Of a DNA stretch of 64,000 nucleotides, positions 15,366-31,670 are shown piece by piece. The number at the start of each line of letters is the position of its first letter. Positions within the stretch are counted from its first letter, which is position 1. Position numbers and translations under genes: made by a program. Source of the stretch: Eledone cirrhosa (taxonomy: Eukaryota); assembly GCA_964016885.1 (NCBI GenBank), contig OZ024759.1, forward strand, positions 37,248,111 to 37,312,110, written 5' to 3'. The notes beneath the pieces are model-generated. The model did not search any database. It was not told the origin of the DNA and saw only the letters and a program-made list of their open reading frames with translations.

Positions 15366-16090
15366 TACGGTGGTATATTTTATTTCTGCCACCTACCGAC
15401 ACCATCTGCCTTGTACACCATCACCACCACAACCGGCCCCATCCCCACCAACACTACCAGCACAACCACCGGTCCCCACCTCCGCCACTACCACATCTGG
15501 TCCTCACTGCCACCACCAATACCTCCCTCCCCCTCTAACTGTCTTCTGGTGGTTTGATGATGATGTAAGCGGGGCAAATCAAAGTAAACCAAATAGGTCG
15601 TAGAGAGAGAGAGAGAGGGGTTGAGGAGTAGAGGGAGTGAGGAGGAGTGAGGTGGTGGAGGAGAGAGAGAAAGAGGTGAGAGGGCGAGAGAAGTGTGAGA
15701 GATTTGAAAGAGCGAGAGATAAGTAGAGGGGGAGGAGAGAGAAAGAAACGAAAGTGTAAAAGTCAGGGGAGGAGGAGAGATGTGAGAGAGAGAGGAAGGG
15801 AGAGAAATATCTCCTCCTACTCCATTATGTGCACCCTTCAGCCGGAACTGATATCCCGGCATGCACCACAGCACCAATACAACAAGCCTCAACATATATA
15901 TCGAATTACGTCCCCTGCATTCACCCCACCACCATAACAACAGTAACACCACCACCACCATAACAACAGTAAGACCACCACCACCACCACCATAACAACA
16001 CCACCACCACCATAACAACAGTAAGACCACCACCACCACCACCACCACCACCATAACAACACCACCACCACCACCATAACAACAGCAGTA

Positions 16091-16272
16091 ATAATTGTTT
16101 CTACTTTTGGCACAAGGCCAGCAAATACCACAGTGTATTACTGGTACTTTATTTTATCGACCTCGTAAGGACGAAAGGCAAAGTTAACCTCGGCGGGATT
16201 TGAACTCAGATCGTAAAGGGACGTAACTCTATGTCGTAAAGCATGGCGTCTAACTCTGCCAATTCACCGCCC
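16091..16272 (-). mobile_element. tRNA-derived SINE with Nin/Deu-type central domain, near full length
   Basis: B-box gagttcaaatccc; gcctttc.tcct..gaggtcgataaaataaagtaccag domain; ggccttgtgcc..agaaacaattat tail. Confidence 0.85.
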
Positions 16273-16321
16273 ATTCAGGAGTTATACTCCCGTACACATA
16301 TATGTGTGTGTGTGTATACAC

Positions 16322-16361
<40 letters not shown>

Positions 16362-16436
16362 ACATACATACATACATACATACATACATACATACATACA
16401 TACATACATACATACATACATACATACATACATACA

Positions 16437-16467
<31 letters not shown>

Positions 16468-17592
16468 GTGCACACACACACACACACATGATTCTAACCC
16501 GGAAAGCGGACGTTAAAACGATGATGATAAACATACATACGTGGACAGGTGTGTGTATATGTAGAAACATGTATGTGTCTATAGGTATGCTCGTAAATGT
16601 GTGTGTGTGTGGATGTACACACACCCACACACTCGCACCCACACACTACCCCACACACCCCACACACCTCCACCCCCTCACACAATCTATGTCATGAATA
16701 ACGCAACAGCTCGAACCCACGCGATACATTACACACTAACAATACACACCACAATACCAGCCTCCGCCCTACACAACTGAAACTGATACACAACACACAC
16801 ACATGTGTATATATATATATATATATATGTCTGTGTAAACATATGTGTTTGTGTGTATACAAATATATATATATATATATATACTCAAACATGTATATAT
16901 ATATATATATACAAACATGTATGTATATGTATATATATGAATATGTATATATGTATATATATACACACAGAGAGGCACACATATAAGAACGACCACAACA
17001 GCGTCTCCCACAAGCACCACCCCCTATTACACACATCATACGACCCCCAACACCACACCCCTACACACATCACATATAAACACGAAAATGTCTGTTGACC
17101 TGTAAGTAAAGATGTAAAACTAACAAATAGTAACTTCCTTGGCGCGTAAAAAGATAAGGAGACTGAACGACTGTAAAACCGAAAGTGAAAGTAGAAATAT
17201 ATAAATATGCATGCCTACTTGTGCGCATGCGTATATAGTATAGTGTTTCACTCCCCTTCACCTCTACGATATTTACGAATCTAAGTAGAGGTTTATATAT
17301 TTCAGCTTCTGCGTGTCCACCAGCCCTCCACCGTATATACACACACACACACACATATATTGGGGGGTGTAGGTGGGGGATTGGAGGGTGTAGAGGGTGT
17401 TGGTGATTGGGGCGTTTATAGGAATCTATGTCAAAAGTTGATGCTTAAACTCCTGGTGGTGTTGATGTGTGCATTGTTAGTAATGGCGGAACTAGGTATG
17501 GATGATGGTGGTGGTGGTGGTGGTGGTGGTGAGGACTAATTTTATTCTAAATGAAGTTGATTCAGATATTCCCTCTCTATCTATCCATCTCG

Positions 17593-17658
<66 letters not shown>

Positions 17659-17663
17659 ATCTC

Positions 17664-17694
<31 letters not shown>

Positions 17695-17806
17695 ATCTCT
17701 CTATTTCTATCTATCCATCTATCTCTCTATCTCTCTCTCTATCTCTCTCTCTCTCTCTCTATCTATATATCTATCTATCTCGCACACACATATATACACA
17801 CACACA

Positions 17807-17846
<40 letters not shown>

Positions 17847-17878
17847 TATACATTATATTAAGGCTAAATAGTGAGTCT

Positions 17879-17933
17879 TGTTACTCTGGAATTTCGCCAA
17901 GCAGGTCAAATTCCACAGTAACAAAACTCGCTA
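17879..17933. repeat. Imperfect inverted repeat next to (TA)n, followed by attgagtactc
   Basis: tagtgagtcttgttactctggaattt / aaattccacagtaacaaaactcgcta. Confidence 0.6.
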
Positions 17934-18192
17934 AAATGAATATTTAAACTCTACTTCGGTATTGAGTACTCTTTTCACTTAGCCGTAAAGATTAAAGTTT
18001 AAGCAAAGAATTTCTGCTTTCACCCTCTTCAGGTTTTGGTCATCGTGTTTAATATTACATCCAAGTCTCGTCTGCTATAATCTTGGTGTAACTAATACAC
18101 TGGCTGCAGTTTATTGTCATCGGGAGCTCCGCACATGTCCCTCATAACATACATTTGTTTATTTGTGTGTGTATATATATATATGTGTATAT

Positions 18193-18224
<32 letters not shown>

Positions 18225-18599
18225 GTGTATATATATGTGTGTATATATATGTGTGTATATATATATGTGTATATATATGTATATATATATGTGTATATAT
18301 GTGTATATATATATGTGTATATATATATGTATATATATATATATACGTATATATATATACATATATAAATAAATGTATGTATGTATGTATGTATATATAT
18401 ATATATACATACATATATATTTATGTATATGTATATATACATACATATATATTTATGTATATGCATATATACATACATACATATATATATATATACATTT
18501 GTACACATATATATATATATATGTGTGTACATATATAAATACCTGGCGTCCCTCCCCCCTCTATACTTACACAGACCACTTCACCCCACTACCACAGAC

Positions 18600-18787
18600 A
18601 GACAGACAGACATCTAGCCACGTCACCCCACCCCACAGACAGACATCTAGCCACGTCACCCCACCCCACAGACAGACATCTAGCCACGTCACCCCACCCC
18701 ACAGACAGTCCACTAGCCAGGTCACCCCACCCCCAGACAGTCCACTAGCCAGGTCACCCCACCCCCCAGACAGTCCACTAGCCACGT
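18600..18787. repeat. ~33-bp minisatellite, ~5.5 copies
   Basis: cagacagacatctagccacgtcaccccacccca. Confidence 0.85.
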
Positions 18788-19177
18788 TATGATACAATAC
18801 ACAGTTACGGCTGGTTACACGCTCAAATCTCATTTCATACTCTGCTGTCACATGCTTGGCGTACATCATCTCCTTCATCTCCATCATCATCACCATCTCC
18901 TTCATCTCCATCATCATCATCATCACCATCTCCATCACCTCCTTCATCATCATCATCACCATCACCTCCTTCATCATCTCCTTTATCATCATCATCATCA
19001 CCTCCTTCATCATCATCATCATCACCATCACCTCCATTTCATCGTCGTCATCATCATCATCACCATCATCTCCATCACCTCCTTCATCACCATTGTCATC
19101 TCCATCACCTCCATTATTATCTCCATCATGATCACAATCATTGTCTTAATAATCATCTTCATCCTCATTGTCGTCGC

Positions 19178-19213
<36 letters not shown>

Positions 19214-19683
19214 TTTCTTCTTTTTCATTCCTCTTTTCATTCCTACTTTCTTCATTTCTTTTTTCATTCATCAACTTCTTCTTTCTCCTTTCCTCGTGTA
19301 TTTCCCTCCCACGACGATGTCTCCCATTCCACTAGATAAGCTGGTAATAGCGAGACCATTTGTACAATAAACGACACTACAGATGAGACAGGATTTACTC
19401 TTAAAAACCTTCTCCTGAATAATACATCCGACATCGGTCGTGTGTCTGTCTTGTTAAATAATTCTTCACATATCTATATAAACCAGAAGTTCTGAAAATG
19501 GATTCTACCGCCCACCCCACCCTCCACCCGCCTACCTACCCACCCCGAGGTGCATTGAGAAGGTCCAGGTGGCGCTATGGTCTAAGGGTGTTGGGACAAG
19601 GGTGGTAGCCATGTTATAATAGTATATTAAATATCAAATGATATATATTATATATAATATATAGTAAAATAAAAAAAATATGT

Positions 19684-19876
19684 ATAATTGTTTCTACTTT
19701 TGGCACAAGGCCAGTAATTACCCCAGCGCATTACTGGTACTTTATTTTATCGACCCCGTAAGGATGAAAGGCAAAGTTAACATAGGCGAGATTTAAACTC
19801 AGATCATAAAGGGTCGTAACTCTATGCGTCAAAGCATAGCGTCCGACCCTCTACAGATACTGCCAATCCACCGCCC
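19684..19876 (-). mobile_element. Nin/Deu-type SINE, full length
   Basis: Same head, central domain and tail as the other copies. Confidence 0.85.
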
Positions 19877-20234
19877 TTAAAAAATATATATAATATTTAT
19901 ACATAGTATATATTATATTATTTATTATATATAAATAAACGATTTTATTTGTTATATATTATTTACAATTTGCTGGTAGGTAGGTTTCTCTGGAAATAGG
20001 GTTGGTGGCGCTGGGGGTATTACGTGGTCGTGAGGAGGGGGGTGGCCCAAAAAGGTTCAGAATATCTGAGATGAACTATTACGATCGAGAATGACTTAGT
20101 ATGTATGTGAGATGTCAGATGCTTTCACTGAGGATTTTTTGTTGAAATAATCACCTTCCTCCCACCACCACCTCCATAGAACAGGGTGTGGCAGCTGGAA
20201 GGGGTGAGAGAGGGGGTTGCAATAATTCTGGTCG

Positions 20235-20340
20235 GGTACTTTATTGACCGCGAAAAGATGAAAGGCAAATTAGACCTCGGCGAGATTTGAACTCAGAACG
20301 CAGAGACCCGGAACAAATATTCATCGCTCTGATGACTCTG
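20235..20340 (-). mobile_element. Older Nin/Deu-type SINE fragment
   Basis: gatgaaaggcaaattagacctcggcgagatttgaactcagaacg. Confidence 0.7.
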
Positions 20341-20352
20341 GGTGATTGATCG

Positions 20353-20405
<53 letters not shown>

Positions 20406-20435
20406 TGTGTGTGTATAACACACAAAGAGAAAGAG

Positions 20436-20627
20436 CAGTGGATTATCAGTAATCGATGGAGCGTCGGACAACATGCTTTATGTCATAGTTACGTCCCTTT
20501 AGGATCTGAGTTCAAATCTTTACGAGGTCGATAAATAAAGTACCAGTAATGCACTGGGATTGATTTAATCGACTTTCCCTTCTCCCCAAATATCCGGCCT
20601 TGTGGCTATAGAAGAAACAATTATTAT
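20436..20627 (+). mobile_element. Nin/Deu-type SINE with internal deletion
   Basis: gagttcaaatct joins ttacgaggtcgataaa directly; tail ggccttgtggc..gaaacaattatt. Confidence 0.8.
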
Positions 20628-20984
20628 TTCACCACCTTTCGAGTTTGTAATGGTCGTCTTTGTGGGGTACAGTCATTACATGGGGGTGTCCCACTCTTCC
20701 ATGTCAGACGAGGAGATGTGAAACAATGCTGATGTTTTCTAATTAAAAATGGATAACTTTGCCAATTCAACAGAAAATAATTAATAAACTTTATTCGAAA
20801 ACTTCAGCCCCATTTTTTTATCTGGAAGGAATAAAGGCGATGAAAGAATCAGTAGTAGTAGTAGTAGTGGTGGTGGTGGTACAACAGAAATGTAGGGGGT
20901 CACGTCCAAAGAAGAACTCCTTAAATCTTTAAACTACCTTTGACACATTGCTGTGACATATGTCATTCTTGATTTTTACCGAAT

Positions 20985-21650
20985 TGTATACATGCTGGGT
21001 ATAGCGGTCTGTGTATATATACATGCTGGGTATAGCGATGTGTGTATATGTCTGTGTATATATACATGCTGGGTATAGCGTTGTGTGTATATGTCTGTGT
21101 ATATATACATGCTGGGTATAGCGATGTGTGTATATGTCTGTGTATATATACATGCTGGGTATAGCGATGTGTGTATATGTCTGTGTATATATACATGCTG
21201 GGTATAGCGATGTGTGTATATGTGTATATGTCTGTGTATATATACATGCTGGGTATAGCGATGTGTGTATATGTGTATATGTCTGTGTATATATACATGC
21301 TGGGGTATAGCGATGTGTGTATATGTGTATATGTCTGTGTATATATACATGCTGGGGTATAGCGATGTGTGTATATGTGTATATGTCTGTGTATATATAC
21401 ATGCTGGATATAGCGATGTGTGTATATGTGTGTGTGTCTGTGTATATATACATGCTGGGGTATAGCGATGTGTGTATATGTCTGTGTATATATACATGCT
21501 GGAGTATAGAAATGTGTATATATGTGTGTGTGTGTCTGTGTACAACGTGTCCCCAAAAAATGTATGCATGCTGGGTATAGGGATGTGTGTGTATGTATAT
21601 ATATATGTATGTGTGTATACAGCGTGACCCAAAAAATGTATACATGCTGG

Positions 21651-21655
<5 letters not shown>
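20985..21655. repeat. 43-52-bp minisatellite
   Basis: gtctgtgtatatatacatgctgggtatagcgatgtgtgtatat units. Confidence 0.85.
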
Positions 21656-21685
<30 letters not shown>

Positions 21686-21892
21686 ATGAACGAGTAATCA
21701 GTGTTGCATATCACATGTATTAGCATATTACATATGTTTCTCCGTCGATCAGCTCGAGGCAAGATATGCAACCCGACAACTATATATATATATATCCATT
21801 GGGTGTAACTAGGAGTTACTGCAGGTTCACCCGGGTGAGCACTCGATGTTTAGGTTCACTTCTGTGATGATGTGTAGAGCTATACAGAGTGT

Positions 21893-21949
<57 letters not shown>

Positions 21950-22141
21950 TTAGGTTTTGTTGGTTCACCACTGGATAGAATTGGTCATTCCGTCTGGTCA
22001 ATCTTGGTGTAATATTGTGGAGAGTACTCAACGTAGTGCAGTTCACCCGTCTTCGTTTGTGTAGTTGGTGGTGCGAATACGGAGTTAATTATTATAAAAT
22101 AACAGGAGGCTGGACTGGTGTAAATCCTTGAAAGGTTTATT

Positions 22142-22199
22142 ATACTATGATCGTTTCAATGACCGGGTTCCGTATGAATCCGGTGATATCATCAGGTAT
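22142..22199 (-). ncRNA. Type I hammerhead motif within mini-element ~21950-22215
   Basis: ATAC-CTGATGA-[ACCGG.TTC atacg GAA.CCGGT]-GAA-ACGATCAT-A-GTAT. Helix I ATAC/GTAT, near-palindromic helix III, followed by AATAAA and gTTGAGTACt. Confidence 0.65.
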
Positions 22200-22404
22200 T
22201 CGAAATGTAACAAAGGAATATATATATATCAAGGGTGGTGCCCCAGCATGGCCTCAGCGGAGTGTATATGTTTAATATAGAAATGAAATGTCCTCTACGA
22301 GACTAGATACACATACAAACTATTCTGCCGCAGTTCTAACATTTCTGACAATCTTTCTTTACCAAACACAATTCTTTGTATCTTCGCTTCGTTACCCTCC
22401 TTGT

Positions 22405-22451
<47 letters not shown>

Positions 22452-23902
22452 CCCACTTTTCCTCAGTTTCTTATCTATTACTTAACACTCCCCCTTCTCC
22501 TCTTACTCCTCTCCCTCCTCCTCCCATCTTCCTTTCTTTCCTCATTTCCTTCTTATTAGCTACCAAATCCAACTAACACACACACCACCATCATCACCAC
22601 CACCTCTACACCAACACAACGACCACCACCACCACCACCACTACACCACTACACCACCACTACACCACTACACCACCACTACACCACTACACCACCGCTA
22701 CACCACTACACCACCGCTACACCCACCATCACCACTACACCATCACCACCACCACACCGCCACCACCTCTACACCAACACGACAACCATCACCACCACCA
22801 TCACTACCATCACCACCTCTACACCACCACCACCACTACACCACCACTACACCATCACCATCACTACCACTACACCACCATCACTACCACTACACCACCA
22901 TCACTACCACTACACCACCACTACACCACCACCACTACACCACCACCACTACATCACCACCATCACCACCACCACCACTACACCACCACTATCACCATCA
23001 CTACCACTACACCACCACTACACCATCACCATCACTACGACTACACCACCACCACTACACCACCACCACTACACTACCACCACCACCACCACCACACCAC
23101 CACCACCACCACTACACCACCACCCTAACAGAAGACCAGGAAGAACCGAACCTGTGAAACCGACATCTAGAACTAACAAGTCAAATACTTGATTTTCTGC
23201 TTCACTGCACAGGACATGTCACAACCACCACTACTACTACTACTACTGCTACTACTATCACCACTACTACTACTACTGATACTACTATCACTATTACTAC
23301 TATTATCACCACCACTACTACCACCACTAAGTCCACCACCCCACGACGCCCATAATTAGGATACGGAAGACGGAGCTCGAACTTATAATTGTGTCGTCTC
23401 CACCCCTCATTCTTTCTCTTACACCCCCCTCCCCACTCACCCCTATTGTCTAACTCCCCCTCTCCCCTTCCTCTCACCCTTATTTCTCTATCCATACTCC
23501 CCTCCCTCTCCTCTCACCCTCTATGTCACCTCCCCTATCTCCCACCATTACCCCCTCCTCACCTTGATTTATCAATCGGTCTTTCCCCACCCCCACACCA
23601 CCCACAATTGTTTTGTTCTGTTTTTGTTTGTTTTTTCAATCCAGCCTCAATTGTAACAATAACCAGTAACACCACCGCAGATGGAGGGAGGAGGAGGTGA
23701 ATGGAGAGAGGAGGAGGTGAATGGAGAGAGAGAAATGAATACAGAGGGAGAAGGAGAGAGAAATACAGAGAGAGAGAGAGATGGAGATAAGGGGGGAGAG
23801 AAGGGATATAAAAGGAGAGAGAGGGGGAGAGATTGAAAGAAAAATGGAGAGAGGGAGAGGAGGGGTTGGAAAGAGAGAGGGATGGAACGAAGGAGAGGCG
23901 GG

Positions 23903-24296
23903 TAAGGATGAAAAGCAGGCTGACCTTGACGGGATTCGAACTCAGAAAATAATGGGTTGGGGGCAGTCGATTATATCTACCTCAGTGTATTACTGGTACT
24001 TTATTTTATCGACCCCGTAAGGATGAAAGGCAAAGTTAACCTCGGCGGGATTTGAACTCAGATCATAAAGGGCCGTAACTCTATCTATGCTGCAAAGCAT
24101 GGCGTCCGACCCTCTACCGATACTCCCAATCCACCGCTCTCAGAAAATAATTGTTTCTACTTTAGGCACAAGGCCAGCAATTATCCCAGTACATTACTGG
24201 TACTTTATTTTATCGACCCCCGTAAGGATGAAAGGCAAAGTTAACATTGGCGGGATTTGAAAATAATAAGCCGGAATAAACACCACAAGGTATTCC
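23903..24296 (-). mobile_element. Nested SINE cluster: an old SINE interrupted by two younger copies (~23954-24138 and ~24152-24258)
   Basis: ctcagaaaataat duplicated at 23941-23953 and 24139-24151; gaaaataat again at 24259-24267. Confidence 0.8.
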
Positions 24297-24775
24297 ATAG
24301 GCTGTACTATGACATATTTAATGCACTACTATCTTCCTGGGACTAAAGCACACACCCCACCCCTAGCCCCACCCCCCAAACAATAACTATCCGCCCCACC
24401 ATCACCATCAGCCAATATACACCACCACCACCCCAACACTGATCTAGCTTGGAGACAAATGAAGTTTTACCACAACACCGTTTCTGCTATTGGCTAATGT
24501 AATGTCTGTGTCTTTGGAATGTCTGGTGGTGGTGGTGGTTATGGTGCTGTTGTTGGTGGTGGTTCTGTTGTTGCTGCTGTTGTTGTTGTGGTGGTGGTGG
24601 TTCTGTTGTTGCTGCTGTTGTGGTGGTGGTGCTGGTGCCGCTTTCTGCATAATTCTTCAATCTAAGATGTCTGATTTTGGCAACAAAATTAAGAAACAGA
24701 CGGACCGAGATCGCCTCTCTCTCTCTCTCTCTCTATCTCTCTCTATATATCTATCTATCTCTCTCTATCTATCTA

Positions 24776-24806
<31 letters not shown>

Positions 24807-24887
24807 CTCTCTCTCTATTTATCTATCTATCTATCTTTCTCTCTCTCTCTCTCTATCTCTATCTATCTATCTATCTCTCTCTCTCTA

Positions 24888-24924
<37 letters not shown>

Positions 24925-24955
24925 CTCTCTCTATCTCTCTATCTCTCTCTATCTA

Positions 24956-24994
<39 letters not shown>

Positions 24995-25045
24995 CTATCT
25001 CATTTTATCTTTGTACACAAACTCACACACACTCATATATATACA

Positions 25046-25177
25046 GTTTACTCAGCTGTAGAAATGAGTGCCGGCCTGGCCGCCCAGCCAGTGGGATGGC
25101 CTTATCTTATGGCTAGAACAGCGCGACGTGCTGTGACCAGCGGCACCGATTGGCGCCCGACAGACTGGTCGGTCAAG

Positions 25178-25181
<4 letters not shown>
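25046..25181 (+). mobile_element. GC-rich SINE-like 3' fragment ending in (TA)n
   Basis: actcagctgtagaaatgagtgcc SINE-core-like motif; CpG-rich, suggesting a young copy. Confidence 0.45.
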
Positions 25182-25208
<27 letters not shown>

Positions 25209-25209
<1 letters not shown>

Positions 25210-25370
25210 ACAAAGGTGTGGTAAGATACCAGGTGGACCATACCGTACCAGAGTACTCAATACTTAGGGTAGTAGAGTGGGTAATAGGTAAAGGTTCAGG
25301 ACCCCGACGGTTGAGCTCCGGCTGTCGAAACAGTCGGAGCTCAGCCGTCGGGGTCCTGATTCTTTTCCTA
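25209..25370 (-). mobile_element. Family C mini-element with GC-rich hairpin (~25287-25369)
   Basis: tcaggaccccgacggttgagctccggctgt-cgaa-acagtcggagctcagccgtcggggtcctga; core gagtactcaatacttagggtagtagagtgggtaata; (TA)n flanks. Confidence 0.75.
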
Positions 25371-25678
25371 TATATATATTATATTGACATGGTTTTAGTT
25401 GCTGTAGGGGTGGTTGTGGTGGTGGTAGGGGTAGTTGTGGTAGTGGTAGGGGTGGTGGTAGGGGTGTTGTAGGGGTGGTAGTGGTGGTGGTAGGGGTGGT
25501 ATTGGTTGTGGTAGTGGTGGTTGTAGGGGTAGTGGTAGGAGTGGTTGTGGTAGGGGTGTTGTATGACATGATGACAAAATGTTTCCACAAAAGTGAAAAA
25601 CTGAAAGACACGACTTGTTTTAGCAAATGGAAACTTTAATATTTAGTGAAGTTGAAAAAAATTTGCTTTGAACGAGTG

Positions 25679-25711
<33 letters not shown>

Positions 25712-25860
25712 ATATATATATATATATCTGTGTGTATGTGTGTGTGTGTAAACGTTAAAAGAAAAAAAACTTTTTTTTTCAAGAAATCTGTCCTGTAATT
25801 GAAATTATAGCAGGATTAATATCTGAAGATTTCTGTACAGAGTTCCGAAATAAAATAAAG

Positions 25861-25895
<35 letters not shown>

Positions 25896-25899
25896 TATA

Positions 25900-25963
<64 letters not shown>

Positions 25964-26276
25964 CACACACACATGTGTATATATATATATATATACATAC
26001 ATACACATATGTATATATATATATATATTTTTTAAATTTATATAGATAGGCATACAAATATACAAATATAAAGAATAAAAAGAAAGACGGAAAGAAAGAA
26101 GAAAGGGGGAGAGAGTTGAAATTTTATAAAAATATCTCAGGAGTTCAAGTATGACATGCTGTAATATATAAAAAATATATTTAAAATGGCTGACGGCTTT
26201 CGAAATTTGTTTTCTACATGTAAAATAGGTATTAAGATTTATAGAAGGGAAGAGGGTGTGTGTGTGTGTTTATATG

Positions 26277-26318
<42 letters not shown>

Positions 26319-26507
26319 AATATATGAATGCGTGTGTATGTATATGCATATATATGTATATATATGTATAGGTAGGTGCATGCATGTGTGTATATATATA
26401 TACGTATGTTCGAGAAAGAGATAGCTAATGAGCAAACTTGTGTATGTGAATGTATGCATGTATATAATCTATATATGTGTTCGTGTGTTTGTATGTGTGT
26501 GTGTATG

Positions 26508-26546
<39 letters not shown>

Positions 26547-26946
26547 AACTTGTGTATGTGTGATTGTGCCAGAAGTTAAAACAAAGCCATAACATCACGT
26601 GATCACTCTACTCCAACCAAATTTTCTTAAAGTTTCCTCTTTTAATCGTAAATATTTTTGTTGTTTTTTTTTTTGTCCATTTGTATTGTTATTGGGTATT
26701 TGATGTACGTGAAATATTTATATACGCGGTTGTTGTTGTTGATGATAACGATAGTGTTGTTGTTGCTGGTGGTGGTTGTGTGGTTGTTTGTACTTGTGTA
26801 TGAGAATGTGTATGTGTGTGTGTGTGTGTGTTTGTTTGTCTTTGTATATGTGTGTTTGTGTTTGTTGTGCTGGTTTGCAAAGGGCATGTCTTGTGTTGGT
26901 ATCTGTGTGTGCGTATTTTCATTAAAATAAAGTTTTACACCAGAAA

Positions 26947-26978
<32 letters not shown>

Positions 26979-27065
26979 TATATATATATATGTGTGTGTG
27001 TGTGTGTGAACGTAAGAGATGAATATATGTATGCATTTGTATATGTATGTCTTTATATACATATG

Positions 27066-27139
<74 letters not shown>

Positions 27140-27268
27140 CAAACGTGGATATATGGATTTTATATAGTATATCGATAGTATCAAACACATAGTCAAATGT
27201 CAGAGAGTGCAAGAAAGCATATCTTCTGCCAAATCTATAATCTTTAAAACGAAGCACACACATATACA

Positions 27269-27344
27269 CAAGGTGTTCTAAAAAAATGTATACATACTTC
27301 AACAGCATTATAACAAATGTGTATGCATTTTTGGGGACACCCTG
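27269..27344. mobile_element. Tc1/mariner-type MITE, same family, opposite orientation
   Basis: caaggtgttctaaaaaaatg..acttcaacagcatt..tttttggggacaccctg. Confidence 0.75.
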
Positions 27345-27399
27345 TATATATGTATGTATGTATGTATGTATCTATCTATCTCTCTCTATATATATATAT

Positions 27400-27588
27400 A
27401 ACGAAGGAGGTGTGGTAAGGAACCAGATGGACAATAACGCACCAGAGAACTCAATACTTAGGGTAGTAGAGTGGGTAATACGAAAATGTTTGACCCCAAC
27501 GGCAGAGCTCAAACCGTTTCGACGGCTATTTCTGGATTATAGCCGTCGAAACGGCTTGAGCTCTGCCGTCAGGGTCAAACATTTTCCT
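27400..27588 (-). mobile_element. Family C mini-element with ~48-bp-arm hairpin (27482-27586)
   Basis: gaaaatgtttgacccc..gtttcgacggctat / atagccgtcgaaac..gggtcaaacattttc; same core as the 25209 copy. Confidence 0.75.
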
Positions 27589-27712
27589 ATATATATATAC
27601 ATATATATATACACACACACACACCATGGAAATATTTATAAGAAACTTTAAAGCTCAATATGATTTTGTACTCCACAACATGAAATATAATAAACAGTGC
27701 AAAGTTTGAGCC

Positions 27713-27756
27713 ATTCTGATGACCTACAAGGTTTAACTAGTGAAACTTACGTAAAT
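27713..27756 (+). ncRNA. Candidate type I hammerhead motif (weak helix II)
   Basis: ATT-CTGATGA-cCTA..TAGt-GAAAC(ttac)GTA-AAT, followed by attaaa. Confidence 0.45.
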
Positions 27757-27895
27757 CAATTAAATGTAACAATAAATATTACACGAATTAATATTATTAT
27801 TATACTAAAAACATCGGGAGACATTTCATCCGACATTTTAATAAGTGTGCCAATACAGTATAAAACTTCGAACTGGCATTATATTTTATCGATCA

Positions 27896-28082
27896 AGGCG
27901 GTGGATTTGCAGTATTGGTAGAGGGTCGGACACCATGCTTTGTAGCATAGAGTTACCTCCCTTTATGATCTGAGTTCAAATCCCGCCGAGGTTAACTTTA
28001 CCTTTCATCCTTACGGGGTCGATAAAATAAAGTACCAGTAATGCACTGGGTAATTTATGGCCTTGTGCCAAAAGTAGAAACA
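27896..28082 (+). mobile_element. Full-length Nin/Deu-type SINE with an 18-bp TSD, inserted in an older minus-strand SINE (~27871-28215)
   Basis: attatattttatcgatca at 27878-27895 and 28083-28100. Confidence 0.9.
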
Positions 28083-28711
28083 ATTATATTTTATCGATCA
28101 TGGAAAAGATGAAAGGAAAAGTTAATATGATCGAGATTTGATCTCTGAACGGAGAGAATCGAAACGAAGAAATATACAGCAAAGAATTTTGTCTTAGGCT
28201 AACCTACTCTCTAACGAAATAGTGTGTGTATATATATATGTGTGTGTGTGTATATATACATATATGTATGTGTGTGTACATACGTACGTACACCTGTCAT
28301 TTGACTTACCATACACGCACACACACACTCCACCACACACAGACACATTAACAACACTATACAGCTAACATACAGTACAATATAACTATTGATATTACAC
28401 AGTTTCAATGGCGGCTATAATATATTTATTTATTTATTTACCTCACAAACGCCATTCATTGCTGCTTAGATTTTTCATGTCATTTCTTTTTAAAATTCTC
28501 TATGTATCATGTATGTGTAGAATGAAGAACTGTTTGTTTGCATATCTATATCAATGTTTTATTTACTTACACAAACATATACACACATATATTGTTATAT
28601 GTGTGTAAATTTGTGAGTGTGTGTGTCTGTTTGTGTGTGTGGGTGTGTGTATTTGTCTGTTTTGTTAATATATGTAGATTCCTTTGAAGAAAAGTATATT
28701 CGTTTGTATGG

Positions 28712-30420
<1,709 letters not shown>

Positions 30421-30500
30421 ATATAAGTATTATATTTGAAAGACCTTCTGAACAAATAAATAGGACGAAAGAAAGAGGAAAGAATGAAAGGAAGGCATAG

Positions 30501-30573
<73 letters not shown>

Positions 30574-30920
30574 TAGTCTATGAAAAGATTTGAATAGAAT
30601 CGAAGAGATGAAAAATAAAAAAAAAATGAAACCATCACAAACAACAGCAACAAATACTAGAAGAGTTACAAAAGGTATAATAATAATAACAATAATAATA
30701 ATAATAATGATGTATGAAGCCAGTGTTTGTATTGGGGTTACATGGAAATTTTATCGGATATTTTATTTATCTATTTCATACAATATCCATCCGAATGCTA
30801 GCCACATCAACACACGTATATACACACACATACATACACACACACACATACATACATACATACATACATACATAAATACATACATACATACATACATACA
30901 TACATACATACATACATACA

Positions 30921-31003
<83 letters not shown>

Positions 31004-31350
31004 ATGTATGTATGTACATATACACCTTTAGAAAAGCTACGTCAAAATATGTCAATAATTCTTTTTAGTCTTCACAACCCACATCTCTACTTGGTCTCTC
31101 ATTTTGATTTTTTGTGGCTTTGTAACGTGTACGTGTGTATGTATAGCTCTCTCTCTATATATATATATATATATAAACACATCTGTATGGATGTCTATAT
31201 ATATGTGCATGTATATATATATATATATATGTATGTATGAATGTTTATGTGTGTGTGTATTTCATAGCTGGTGGATTTTTTTTTTGGGGGGGGGAGGTTC
31301 TAATTCTCCAATGTGGATTTTTCTAATGAGTTGTGTATGTGTGCCAATTT

Positions 31351-31519
<169 letters not shown>

Positions 31520-31619
31520 TATATATGTATATATATATATTTCGTTTCTTATTGGCACCATGACCCTTCCAAAGCATAACAATATATATATATATATGTA
31601 TAATATATATATATATATA

Positions 31620-31670
<51 letters not shown>

